This document shows, one piece after another, positions 15,876 to 23,805 of a DNA stretch of 53,172 nt. Numbering within the stretch: the first letter of the stretch is position 1; each line of letters begins with the position of its first letter. Source of the DNA: Candidatus Moranbacteria bacterium CG_4_9_14_3_um_filter_44_28. GTDB taxonomy: Bacteria > Patescibacteriota > Minisyncoccia > Moranbacterales > UBA11712. Location of the stretch: contig PFVO01000018.1 of NCBI GenBank assembly GCA_002790655.1, positions 1 to 53,172 on the forward strand, given 5' to 3'. The translations under genes and the position numbers were made by a program. The notes beneath the pieces are model-generated. The model did not search any database, had not been told where the DNA came from, and saw nothing but the letters and a program-made list of their open reading frames with translations.

Positions 15876-17108
15876 TCAAATTCTAAAAAATTTTTCCATC
15901 CTCTCAAACGCCTCATTAATATCCTCCTCGCTACGCCCAAAACACATCCGAATGTGGTTTTCTCCGCTGGGGCCGAAGGCCGCGCCGGGAACAACAGCCA
16001 CCTTCGCCTTCTCTAACAATTCTAGGGCAAACTGCCAACTTCCGCCATTTTTTGCGACTCTTCGCAAAATTTCGTCTTTTATTCGAGGGAATACAAAATA
16101 AGCGCTGTCCGGTTTCTGATATTCAAACACATTCTCTAATTTATCCAGTCTTTTACAAATCAAATTCCTTCTTTTTTGGAAATAATCTTTGAATTTTTTG
16201 ACGTCTTCCTGCGCCATCTCAAGCGCCGCTTGAGCCGCGAACTGGGAAACCACCGGCGCACAAGTAACCAGTGTGTCGTGGACGGCAAGAATTTTTTTCG
16301 CCAAATCTTGATGTGTCGCCAAAAATGCGATCCGCCAGCCGGTCATAGCGTAGGCTTTCGAGAAAGAGAAGATGTAAATCAGCCGATCGCGAATGCCGCG
16401 AAGTTCGGCCAGTGAATATAATCTTTCATTGGAATCGTTCACCCTGTTAAATTGCGCCGAAGGCGCACCTGCTTCGCAGGATTTAACAGGGTAAATAAAG
16501 TCCTTGTAAACCTCGTCGCTCAAAATATATAAATTATGCTTGATGGCCAGTTGCGCCAGCGCGTGTAACTGGTTGCGGGTGAAAATCGTTCCCGTTGGAT
16601 TATTTGGATTGCAAAAAAGAAAAGCTTTCGTCCGCGGTGTGATGAGTTTTTCAAATTTTTCAATATCCAGCGCCCAATGTTTTTCTTCAGCAAGCGGAAC
16701 AAAAACGGGAACTCCGCGAGCCACTTTGATCGCCGGCTGATATGATGTGTAAGTCGGGTCGGGAATCAAAACTTCGTCTCCCGGCTCGAGAATTGCCAGA
16801 AGTGTCGCCGTGATAGCCTCAATGGAACCGGCCGTCGCGATAATTTCCGTCTCAAAATCGTAGAATTTGTTTTCTTTTTCAAGGTATTGGGCAATTGTTT
16901 CCCGAAATTCCAAAGTCCCCGGCGCGAGCGAATATTTGGCCACTTTTCCCTTTTCGATCGCATCAATCGCCGCCCTTTTCACGGCTTCCGGTGTATCAAA
17001 AGACGGCACGCCTTGAGCAAGCGAAACAACTCCGGGAATGCGCGACGCCCGGAGCTCCATTTCTTTTATGGGGGAAAGATTAATCTTGTTTTTGTCGGAA
17101 AATTGCAT
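15876..17108 (-). CDS. Class I/II PLP-dependent aminotransferase (aspartate/aromatic type)
   Basis: CNPNNPTG, PLP-lysine motif SFSKAYAMTGWRIAF, C-terminal GENHIRMCF. Carries an in-frame palindromic insert at 16443-16492. Confidence 0.8.
   Translation of the reverse strand: MQFSDKNKINLSPIKEMELRASRIPGVVSLAQGVPSFDTPEAVKRAAIDAIEKGKVAKYSLAPGTLEFRETIAQYLEKENKFYDFETEIIATAGSIEAITATLLAILEPGDEVLIPDPTYTSYQPAIKVARGVPVFVPLAEEKHWALDIEKFEKLITPRTKAFLFCNPNNPTGTIFTRNQLHALAQLAIKHNLYILSDEVYKDFIYPVKSCEAGAPSAQFNRVNDSNERLYSLAELRGIRDRLIYIFSFSKAYAMTGWRIAFLATHQDLAKKILAVHDTLVTCAPVVSQFAAQAALEMAQEDVKKFKDYFQKRRNLICKRLDKLENVFEYQKPDSAYFVFPRIKDEILRRVAKNGGSWQFALELLEKAKVAVVPGAAFGPSGENHIRMCFGRSEEDINEAFERMEKFFRI
16443..16492. 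repeat. Nested-hairpin element, family P6, inside the aminotransferase CDS
   Basis: ccctgttaaat ... atttaacaggg is a perfect 11-bp inverted repeat. It encloses gcgcc-gaa-ggcgc and cctgc-ttc-gcagg hairpins. The 5' half matches 21/27 with the intergenic copy at 38905-38944. Confidence 0.8.
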
Positions 17109-17404
17109 AAATATTCCAATTCCGCCGCAAATATGCTACTGTTTGCTCACAGGAAAATAATATAATAAATCCCTGCGATACACAAATTTCCGCGGATTAT
17201 CCAAAATCAATCCGCCCAAAAACGAGTTATATGAAATACATGTTTTCCTTTACATTTAAAAATGTTGCTTTTTAATAAGGAAACGAATTTAATTTTTTCT
17301 TTTAATTTTAGAGAGGAGTATAAGGCGTTTTTACCTGCTCCTATCGTCGCAGTCAAAAACGATTTTTAATTTTTATTAGAATTTGATAAACTAAATTAAA
17401 AAAT

Positions 17405-18007
17405 ATGGCAAATAATGAAATCCAAAAAATTGAAAAAGAGTTAAATTTTGTGAAGAATAATTATTTAAAACTTCTAACAATATTGCCTAGTTTTAATATT
17501 ACCGATAAAAAAATTTTGCCATATGGTTTAAGAGCCCATACTAGATCTGTAAGTTAGTTAGTTGAACAAGTTATTACTCAACAAACAAAATATAATGCTA
17601 AAAAACTCGGTTTAGATAAAGTTGATTTTGATTTTCCAGATACATCGCTTCACGATTGCGAAATAGTAGTTAATAACAAGAGTTACTTTATAAATGTAAA
17701 AATTCATAATATAGAAGGTAAAGAAAATAAAAACGATATATCCGCGGTAGAAAAACTTTATTTTCAATACAGCGTCAATAAAGACTATAATTTAATTTAT
17801 GCTTGTTTTGGTATTAAGTTTGAAAATATAAAAATAACTTTTGATAAGAATTATTTAGAAATTTTTTCGCCTCAATTTTTACCTATTTATGTTAATCCGA
17901 GAAACGACAAAATACAGGCTACTTATCGACATGATAAAATACACCGAACAAGAGAAGAATTTTCAAAAATGCTCAAGGAAAAATCAAAAAGCATTATTTT
18001 GAAATAA
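17405..18007 (+). pseudogene. Putative type II restriction endonuclease interrupted by one in-frame TAG
   Basis: A single frame runs from ATG 17405 to TAA 18005-18007, broken only by TAG at 17555-17557 (..RAHTRSVS*LVEQVITQQ..). A possible PD..NxK arrangement is FPD-(17 aa)-NVK. It ends 9 nt before the methyltransferase ATG. The function call is by position only. Confidence 0.5.
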
Positions 18008-18016
18008 AATAGCACT

Positions 18017-18865
18017 ATGAATAAAATTTTTAATGAAGATGTTTTATTGGGGATAGATAAAATAAAAAATAATTCTGTTGATTTAATATTGACAGATCCG
18101 CCTTATTGTCTTGGGAAAGATTATGGTAATGATTCAGACAGGAAATCATCAGATGAATATTTAGAATGGACATACAAATGGATCGATGCGGTATTGCCAA
18201 AGCTAAAAAATTCGGGAAGTTTGTATATTTTTTTAAGCTGGCAATATTCACCGGAAATTTTTGTTTATCTCAAAAAGAAATTAAAAATGATTAATGAGAT
18301 TATTTGGGACCGACGGGTTCCTAGCATGGGTGGTTCAACAAGAAAATTTTCTTCTGTTCATGATAATATAGGTTTCTTTGCAAAAAATGATTATTATTAT
18401 TTTGATATAGACAGCGTGAGAATTCTTTACGATGAAGAAACTAAGAAAGCAAGGACGAGATCAATCTTTGTTGGTAAAAAATGGCTGGAAATTGGATATA
18501 ACCCTAAAGATTTATGGAGTAATTCGAGAATTCACGCCCAAGATCCAGAGAGAGAAAATCACCCCACTCAAAAACCGTTAGAAATAATTGAACGAATGGT
18601 AAAGGCCAGTTGTCCAAAAAATGGTGTAGTTTTTGATCCATTTATGGGGACAGGGACAACCGCCATTGCCTGTTTGGCAAACGATAGACAATATGTAGGA
18701 TTCGAAATAAACAAAGATTATTACAAAATTATAATAAATAGGATTAAAAAATATAATAGTCGCCCCACTTTATTCCAACAACAAAATAATTTGGCTCGGG
18801 GTATTCACCCCCAGCCCCTCTGCCCCTCGCAAAAACAGAAAAAAATAAATTCTTATTCCTATTAA
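18017..18865 (+). CDS. Beta-class amino DNA methyltransferase (N6-adenine or N4-cytosine)
   Basis: Motif IV LILTDPPYCLG lies N-terminal to motif I VFDPFMGTGTTAIAC, and NHPTQKPLEIIERMV is present. Confidence 0.85.
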   Translation: MNKIFNEDVLLGIDKIKNNSVDLILTDPPYCLGKDYGNDSDRKSSDEYLEWTYKWIDAVLPKLKNSGSLYIFLSWQYSPEIFVYLKKKLKMINEIIWDRRVPSMGGSTRKFSSVHDNIGFFAKNDYYYFDIDSVRILYDEETKKARTRSIFVGKKWLEIGYNPKDLWSNSRIHAQDPERENHPTQKPLEIIERMVKASCPKNGVVFDPFMGTGTTAIACLANDRQYVGFEINKDYYKIIINRIKKYNSRPTLFQQQNNLARGIHPQPLCPSQKQKKINSYSY

Positions 18866-18915
18866 AAAAGCAATTTATTACATAAATTAAAGGAAAACAT
18901 GTACATCATATAACA

Positions 18916-19050
18916 GCGTGTATGCGGCTACGGCTTCCCTAACGGTAAGCCTTCGCCCATATTGCTCCTTTCGGTCGCAACATCGCATACACGCGGACGT
19001 TATGCGAAGTCGCGGAGCGACGAGCAGACTGGCGGGAATCGCCGGGCATT
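18916..19050. other. GC-rich nested-hairpin element or unassigned structured RNA between the R-M cassette and corA
   Basis: A perfect 11-bp stem (18916-18926 with 18984-18994) encloses two hairpins. Two more hairpins follow at 19009-19021 and 19029-19045. It is flanked by ATATAACA at 18908-18915 and 19051-19058. 34 of the first 60 nt are G+C, against AT-rich flanks. Confidence 0.5.
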
Positions 19051-19074
19051 ATATAACACTTGTGAGATGATGAA

Positions 19075-20007
19075 ATGATAACCATATTCAAAAGCATACA
19101 AAACAATTTGAAAGAAATCAGCAAGTTCGAGAATGATTGCTGGATAAATGTCTCAAACCCTACTAACGAAGAATTGGAGAAATTATCTCAGAAATTAAAA
19201 ATTCCTTTGGATTTCTTAACAGATCCATTGGATGTTGATGAAAGAGCAAGAATTGATGCAGAGAATGGGTGTATCCTGATTGTATTAAGAGTATCGCGAT
19301 TTGATGAGAAAGAGGTTGATATTCCATTTACTACTCTGCCGGTGGGCATAATAATTACCAAAGAGATAGCTATTACTATCTGTTCTAAAGACGTTCGTGT
19401 CATTTTGGATTTCATTAATGGCAAAGTAAGAAACTTTTCCACTGAAAACAAAAGCCGTTTCCTTTTACAGATATCTCACAGAACAGCTTTGTTATATCTG
19501 AAGGATTTAAGAGAGATTAATAATAGAACAACTATGGTCGAGAAAGAATTACATAAGGCAATGAAGAATGAGGAGCTGATAAAACTATTAAACATTGAGA
19601 AAAGTTTGGTTTTTTTTACAACATCTTTGAGGTCTAATGAACTCATGATGGAAAGACTTCAAAAAACGGAAATTATAAAAATGAATCCTGATGACGAAGA
19701 TTTAATGGAAGACGTAATTACAGAGAGTAAACAAGCTATTGAAATGAGTAATGTTTACAGCAATATCCTCAGTGGAATGATGGATGCATTCGCATCCGTT
19801 ATCTCGAATAACTTAAATGTCGTTGTGAAATTCCTGGCGGCAGTTACAATAATTTTGATGATTCCAACATTGATAGCAAGCCTATATGGTATGAATGTAA
19901 AGCTACCATTTCAAGATTCCTCCCATGCTTTTCTTATAACTCTTAGTATTTCATTTACTCTGTCGGCAATAGGTGTATTGATATTTATAAAAAGAAAATG
20001 GTTCTGA
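19075..20007 (+). CDS. corA: CorA-family magnesium/cobalt transporter
   Basis: YGMN signature (ASLYGMNVKLPF), two C-terminal TM helices, 310 aa. Confidence 0.85.
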   Translation: MITIFKSIQNNLKEISKFENDCWINVSNPTNEELEKLSQKLKIPLDFLTDPLDVDERARIDAENGCILIVLRVSRFDEKEVDIPFTTLPVGIIITKEIAITICSKDVRVILDFINGKVRNFSTENKSRFLLQISHRTALLYLKDLREINNRTTMVEKELHKAMKNEELIKLLNIEKSLVFFTTSLRSNELMMERLQKTEIIKMNPDDEDLMEDVITESKQAIEMSNVYSNILSGMMDAFASVISNNLNVVVKFLAAVTIILMIPTLIASLYGMNVKLPFQDSSHAFLITLSISFTLSAIGVLIFIKRKWF

Positions 20008-20037
20008 ATATGTTTTCCGTCTAACCGCCCAACAAAC

Positions 20038-20070
20038 AAATCCCGGAGTTAAAAACTCCGGGATTTTTAA
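20038..20070. terminator. Bidirectional intrinsic terminator between corA and serS
   Basis: atcccggagtt-aaaa-aactccgggat is a perfect 11-bp stem, with T-runs after it on both strands. Confidence 0.8.
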
Positions 20071-20108
20071 TTTTAATTTTAACATTCTAAATCGCCAGCT
20101 CTAATTCT

Positions 20109-21416
20109 TTACTTCTCTATTTTTTCCAAATTCCCGGGCATCCATTTCCGCAAAACTTCCGGAATCACAACCGAGCCGTCCGCCTGCTGATAGTTTTCGA
20201 TTATTGCGATTATTGTTCTTCCAATTGCAAAAGCTGTGGCATCGTTCATGTGAACATATTCCAGTTTGCCGTTTTTCTTTCGTACTTTTGTATTTAATCT
20301 CCGTGATTGATAATCGTTCATTAAATCCGATGTATGGGTTTCCCTATATCTATTCTGGCCGGGTAGCCAGGTTTCAATATCAATTTGTCGATAATCCGGC
20401 CCGCCCAAATCTCCCGTGCAAATTGCAACGACTTGATAAGACAATCTTAGTGACTGCATAAGATATTCTTGAATCGCAACTATAAAATTTTGTTCTTCGA
20501 TTGAATTTTCAGGTAAACAAAATGATTCCATTTCAAGTTTATCAAACTGGTGAACTCGTAAAATACCCTTCGTGTCTTTTCCGTATGATCCGGCTTCCCT
20601 TCGAAACGCTGTGGAAAAGCCGATAAATCTCATTGGCAAATCCTCTTCTTTTATAATTTCATCCATATACATCGCACCCAAAGTATGTTCGGCACTTCCA
20701 ATCAGATATAAATCATCAGCGGGAGCATAATAGCGTTCCTCTCTTGGCTCGAGCCTTGCCATTCTTTCCATGGGTCCAGGTTTGATAAGTACCGGCGGGA
20801 CAACTGGAATAAATGATTTAGCGCTGACATCAAGCCCTACTTCCTTGATAACTCCCTTAAGAGTATCTTCGTTGGTCAAAATTGAAAAAGCATGCTGGAT
20901 TAAGGCAAATTCAAGTAAAGCGGCTTCGTTTTTCAAAAAATTAAACCGGCTACCGCTTACCTTTGCCGCTCTCGGAATATCAATAATATCCAGCTCTTCC
21001 CCCAACTGTCCGTGCTCTTTTGGCTGAAAATCAAACTTTGGAATTTCTCCCCATTTTCGAATAACTTTATTTCCAGATTCGTCCTTTCCAATGGGAGTAT
21101 CATCAGAAATAACATTAGGAACTTTCCAAAGAATAGTTTTCCATTCCTTTTCAACTTTCTCTAGTTCCGGCTTCAGTTTTTCCAAATTTTCTTTTAATTC
21201 TTTCCCCTTTTCAATCAAATCCTTTTTGTCCTTCACTTTTTTCATTTCTTCGTTCAACTCATTCCGCTTTTCCTTGATTTCCCCAATTTCCCCGATCAGT
21301 TTTCTTCTTTTTTCGTCCAATTCCAAAAGCCGGTCAATATCGCATTTGATATTGCGCAATTCGCAATTCTTTTTCACCGCTTCCTTGTTTTCGCGGATGT
21401 ACTTTATATCTAACAT
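20109..21416 (-). CDS. serS: Seryl-tRNA synthetase
   Basis: N-terminal coiled-coil arm, class II core (FRREAGSYGKDTKGILRVHQFDK, TSDLMNDYQSRRL), 435 aa. Confidence 0.9.
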   Translation of the reverse strand: MLDIKYIRENKEAVKKNCELRNIKCDIDRLLELDEKRRKLIGEIGEIKEKRNELNEEMKKVKDKKDLIEKGKELKENLEKLKPELEKVEKEWKTILWKVPNVISDDTPIGKDESGNKVIRKWGEIPKFDFQPKEHGQLGEELDIIDIPRAAKVSGSRFNFLKNEAALLEFALIQHAFSILTNEDTLKGVIKEVGLDVSAKSFIPVVPPVLIKPGPMERMARLEPREERYYAPADDLYLIGSAEHTLGAMYMDEIIKEEDLPMRFIGFSTAFRREAGSYGKDTKGILRVHQFDKLEMESFCLPENSIEEQNFIVAIQEYLMQSLRLSYQVVAICTGDLGGPDYRQIDIETWLPGQNRYRETHTSDLMNDYQSRRLNTKVRKKNGKLEYVHMNDATAFAIGRTIIAIIENYQQADGSVVIPEVLRKWMPGNLEKIEK

Positions 21417-21423
21417 AACCTTG

Positions 21424-21515
21424 GCGAGTGAAAAATTGGAGTTTAGAGAGTATCGCGTTCTGGCCTGCTCCGCAGGCCAGGTTAGCCTACTCGAAAAACT
21501 CTAATTTTTCGCGAG
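21424..21515. repeat. TIR-bounded element, family P2, copy A
   Basis: Termini gcgagtgaaaaattggag / ctctaatttttcgcgag are inverted repeats. The core is tatcgcgttctgg-cctgctccgcagg-ccaggttagcctac. Homologous to 29421-29512 and, inverted, to 34432-34520. Confidence 0.85.
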
Positions 21516-21598
21516 AGATTCTTTGAGAAAGCGAATTTTTCGCGAGATAGATCCCTCGACTACGCTCGGGATGACCCTGCCCTTCGCGAAGAGCTGAG

Positions 21599-23047
21599 TC
21601 ATTTTTCTTTCATCGGCGGGAAAATTACCGTCTCGCGCACGGATTTATTCATCAAAAACGCGAATAATCTTTCGCTGAATCCGAATCCAAAGGCTGGCGG
21701 CATTCCGTATTCGAGTGCTTCGACAAAATCTTCGTCGAGCATCTGGGCTTCCTTGTCGCCGGCTTCGCGAAGCTTCATCTGCTCCTCGAAACGCGCTCTC
21801 TGATCAATCGGGTCGTTTAGTTCCGCAAATCCGTTTCCCAGTTCCATTCCGCCGGCCATTACTTGAAGGCGTAAAACTTTCCGCGGATTTTTTGGATCTT
21901 TTTTAGCCAGCGGCGAAACTTCGACCGGATGGCCGACCAGAAAACAAGGCTGAACCATCTTCGGCCGCACAACTTTTTTGAAAATGAGATCAATCATCCT
22001 GCCTTTTCCGTATTCCGGCTTGTATTCGATTTTGAGTTCGTCCGCTTTCTTTCTCAAATCATCAACTGAAATATTTCTATTTAAATCCAACCCCGCCTCT
22101 TGTTTGAATAGCTTGAAATAATCTTCGGTTTCCCACTTGCCGCCCCAGTTGATTTGACTTCCCTCGTGCTCCGTTTCCATTTTCCCCGCAACTTTTTTCA
22201 CAACTTCCTGATATATCTTCTTCGTTAATCGCATTCCCTCTTTGAGGCTTGTATAAGCGCAGTAAAGTTCCACCATATCATATTCCTGCAGATGCTCCCT
22301 GTCAATCCCCTCGTTGCGAAAAACGCGCCCGATTTCAAAAACCTTTTCGTATCCGCCGACCAGCAATTTTTTGAGCGGCAGTTCGAGGGATATTCTCATA
22401 TAATAGTCTCTCGAAAGAGCGTTGTGGCGCGTGACAAACGGCTCCGCTTCCGCGCCGCCTGGAATATTTTCAAGAACCGGCGTCTGGACTTCCAAAAATC
22501 CTTTTTTGGCGAGAAAACTGCGTACTGTCTGCCAGAAAAGATTTTTCTGGCGGAACAGCTCGCGCGTTTCAGGATTGAACGCGAGATCGAGATATCTCCG
22601 ACGCAGAAGTTCTTCCATGTCTTTGAGGCCGAAATATTCCGTTGGAAGCGGCAAAAGACTCTTGCTTAAAATTTTCCAATCGCGGGCCTCAAGAGTCTTT
22701 TCGCCCGTTTTCGTGAGAAACAATTTTCCTTTCACTTCAGTAAAATCACCCAGTTCGATATTTTCCACAAATAAATCATATTCCCGATCTTTCAGATTCT
22801 CCTTTTTTAAAAAAACCTGGATCTTGCCGGATTCATCCTCGATATGACAAAAAGCCAACCCGCCCATTGACCGGAGCGAACGAACTCGGCCGACAAGAGA
22901 AATTTCTTTTCCCTGCAGTTCATCGAATTTCTCCAGCGCTTCCCAATTAGTCATTGAGCGCTCGGTTTTTTCAGGAAAAGGATCAAAGCCGGCATTTCGC
23001 AGGTTTTCGAGTTTTTTCAGTTTTATTTGTTTGATTTTGTCGAGCAT
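21599..23047 (-). CDS. lysS: Lysyl-tRNA synthetase, class II
   Basis: OB-fold N-terminus, GRVFRNEGIDREHLQEYDMVE, C-terminal GMPPAFGFGFSERL. Confidence 0.9.
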   Translation of the reverse strand: MLDKIKQIKLKKLENLRNAGFDPFPEKTERSMTNWEALEKFDELQGKEISLVGRVRSLRSMGGLAFCHIEDESGKIQVFLKKENLKDREYDLFVENIELGDFTEVKGKLFLTKTGEKTLEARDWKILSKSLLPLPTEYFGLKDMEELLRRRYLDLAFNPETRELFRQKNLFWQTVRSFLAKKGFLEVQTPVLENIPGGAEAEPFVTRHNALSRDYYMRISLELPLKKLLVGGYEKVFEIGRVFRNEGIDREHLQEYDMVELYCAYTSLKEGMRLTKKIYQEVVKKVAGKMETEHEGSQINWGGKWETEDYFKLFKQEAGLDLNRNISVDDLRKKADELKIEYKPEYGKGRMIDLIFKKVVRPKMVQPCFLVGHPVEVSPLAKKDPKNPRKVLRLQVMAGGMELGNGFAELNDPIDQRARFEEQMKLREAGDKEAQMLDEDFVEALEYGMPPAFGFGFSERLFAFLMNKSVRETVIFPPMKEK

Positions 23048-23051
23048 AAAC

Positions 23052-23189
23052 GAAAATTTTCAATTATCAATTTACAATTTTCAATCAATGATCAATTCTT
23101 CAATTTTCAATGTTTGGAAATTTAGTACATTGAAAATTTATTGAAAATTGAGCCTTGAAAATTGAGCCTTGAAAATTGAAAATTGCCAG
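23052..23189. repeat. Heptad-periodic imperfect palindrome (TTTTCAA left half, TTGAAAA right half)
   Basis: The right half 23141-23189 reads ttgaaaa ttgagcc ttgaaaa ttgagcc ttgaaaa ttgaaaa ttgccag. The left half carries the complementary ttttcaa units. Confidence 0.75.
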
Positions 23190-23213
23190 TAGTAACATTA
23201 TATCTTTTCCCCA

Positions 23214-23246
23214 TAAAAAAACAAGATTGAAATGTTCGATCTTGTT
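23214..23246 (-). terminator. Intrinsic terminator after greA
   Basis: The minus strand reads acaagat-cgaacatttca-atcttgt followed by ttttttt. Confidence 0.7.
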
Positions 23247-23254
23247 TGCCAAGA

Positions 23255-23710
23255 CTATTTCACTTCCAAAATCCTATATTCTTTCTCCCCGCTTGGTGTC
23301 TGAACCATCGCTTTTTCTCCCGCCTTTTTGCCCAAAAGAGCCTTCCCAATAGGAGATTCGTTGGACACTCTCCCATTCAGAGGATCGGCTTCATTTGAGC
23401 CAACAATGTCAAAAGCCTGTTCTTCGCCGTTGAACTTCACCGCCACTCTGGACCCCATTTGAACAACTTTGCTCTTTTTGTCGAAGCTGGAAACCTGCGA
23501 AGTGCGAATGATATTTTCCAGCTCCATAATCCGCCTCTCGTTGTCGGCTTGCTGTCTTTTGGCTTCCGTGTATTCGGCGTTCTCGGAAAGATCTCCCTGC
23601 TCTTTGGCTTCCTTGATAATTTCTGCGATTTTTTGCCTCATTTCTCTTTTTCGCATCTCGAGCTCTTCTTCCAGTTTCTTGTGACCTTCGGGAGTAAGAA
23701 ACGTAGTCAT
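23255..23710 (-). CDS. greA: Transcription elongation factor GreA
   Basis: 151 aa. N-terminal coiled coil (EGHKKLEEELE..GDLSENAEY) and a C-terminal globular domain (SPIGKALLGKKAGE). Confidence 0.9.
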   Translation of the reverse strand: MTTFLTPEGHKKLEEELEMRKREMRQKIAEIIKEAKEQGDLSENAEYTEAKRQQADNERRIMELENIIRTSQVSSFDKKSKVVQMGSRVAVKFNGEEQAFDIVGSNEADPLNGRVSNESPIGKALLGKKAGEKAMVQTPSGEKEYRILEVK

Positions 23711-23805
23711 AAATTTGACTTAATTTAAAAGCGCTCTCCAATGAGCACTAAATATTCTATTCAATTGAACAGCTTCAATTATATACAATGGCAAAAAGCT
23801 GTCAA

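Larger units (their letters stand above)
17226..18914 (+). mobile_element. Inverted-repeat-bounded restriction-modification cassette with no transposase (putative non-autonomous mobile unit)
   Basis: Left end GTTATATGAAATACATGTTTTCCTTTA (17226-17252). The reverse complement of the right end is GTTATATGATGTACATGTTTTCCTTTA (18888-18914), 25/27 identical. Weaker similarity continues about 20 nt inward (..TTGCTTTTT). The interior is very AT-rich. Confidence 0.55.

Noticed and set aside
17555-17557. In-frame TAG in the endonuclease gene as evidence for stop-codon reassignment
   Set aside because: TAG clearly terminates other genes here (dcd at 51370-51372, the secreted protein at 9891-9893). TAA and TGA also act as stops. 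A single nonsense mutation is the simpler reading.
18916-19050. Known RNA classes for the GC-rich structured element: M-box (Mg2+ riboswitch, attractive because corA follows), SRP/4.5S RNA, ZTP and guanidine-I riboswitches, tRNA
   Set aside because: The M-box-like string CCGUUAGGGAAGCC..AUACACGCUG is on the minus strand, opposite to corA, and runs straight into AT-rich non-structured DNA. The GAAA-capped hairpin resembles SRP domain IV only loosely (GGAGCAA rather than GGAAGCAGC), and the fold is a three-way junction rather than one long hairpin. The GACUGGCG..CGCCGGGC segment resembles parts of the ZTP and guanidine-I motifs, but the partner motifs are missing or in the wrong order. There is no cloverleaf. 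I left it unassigned.
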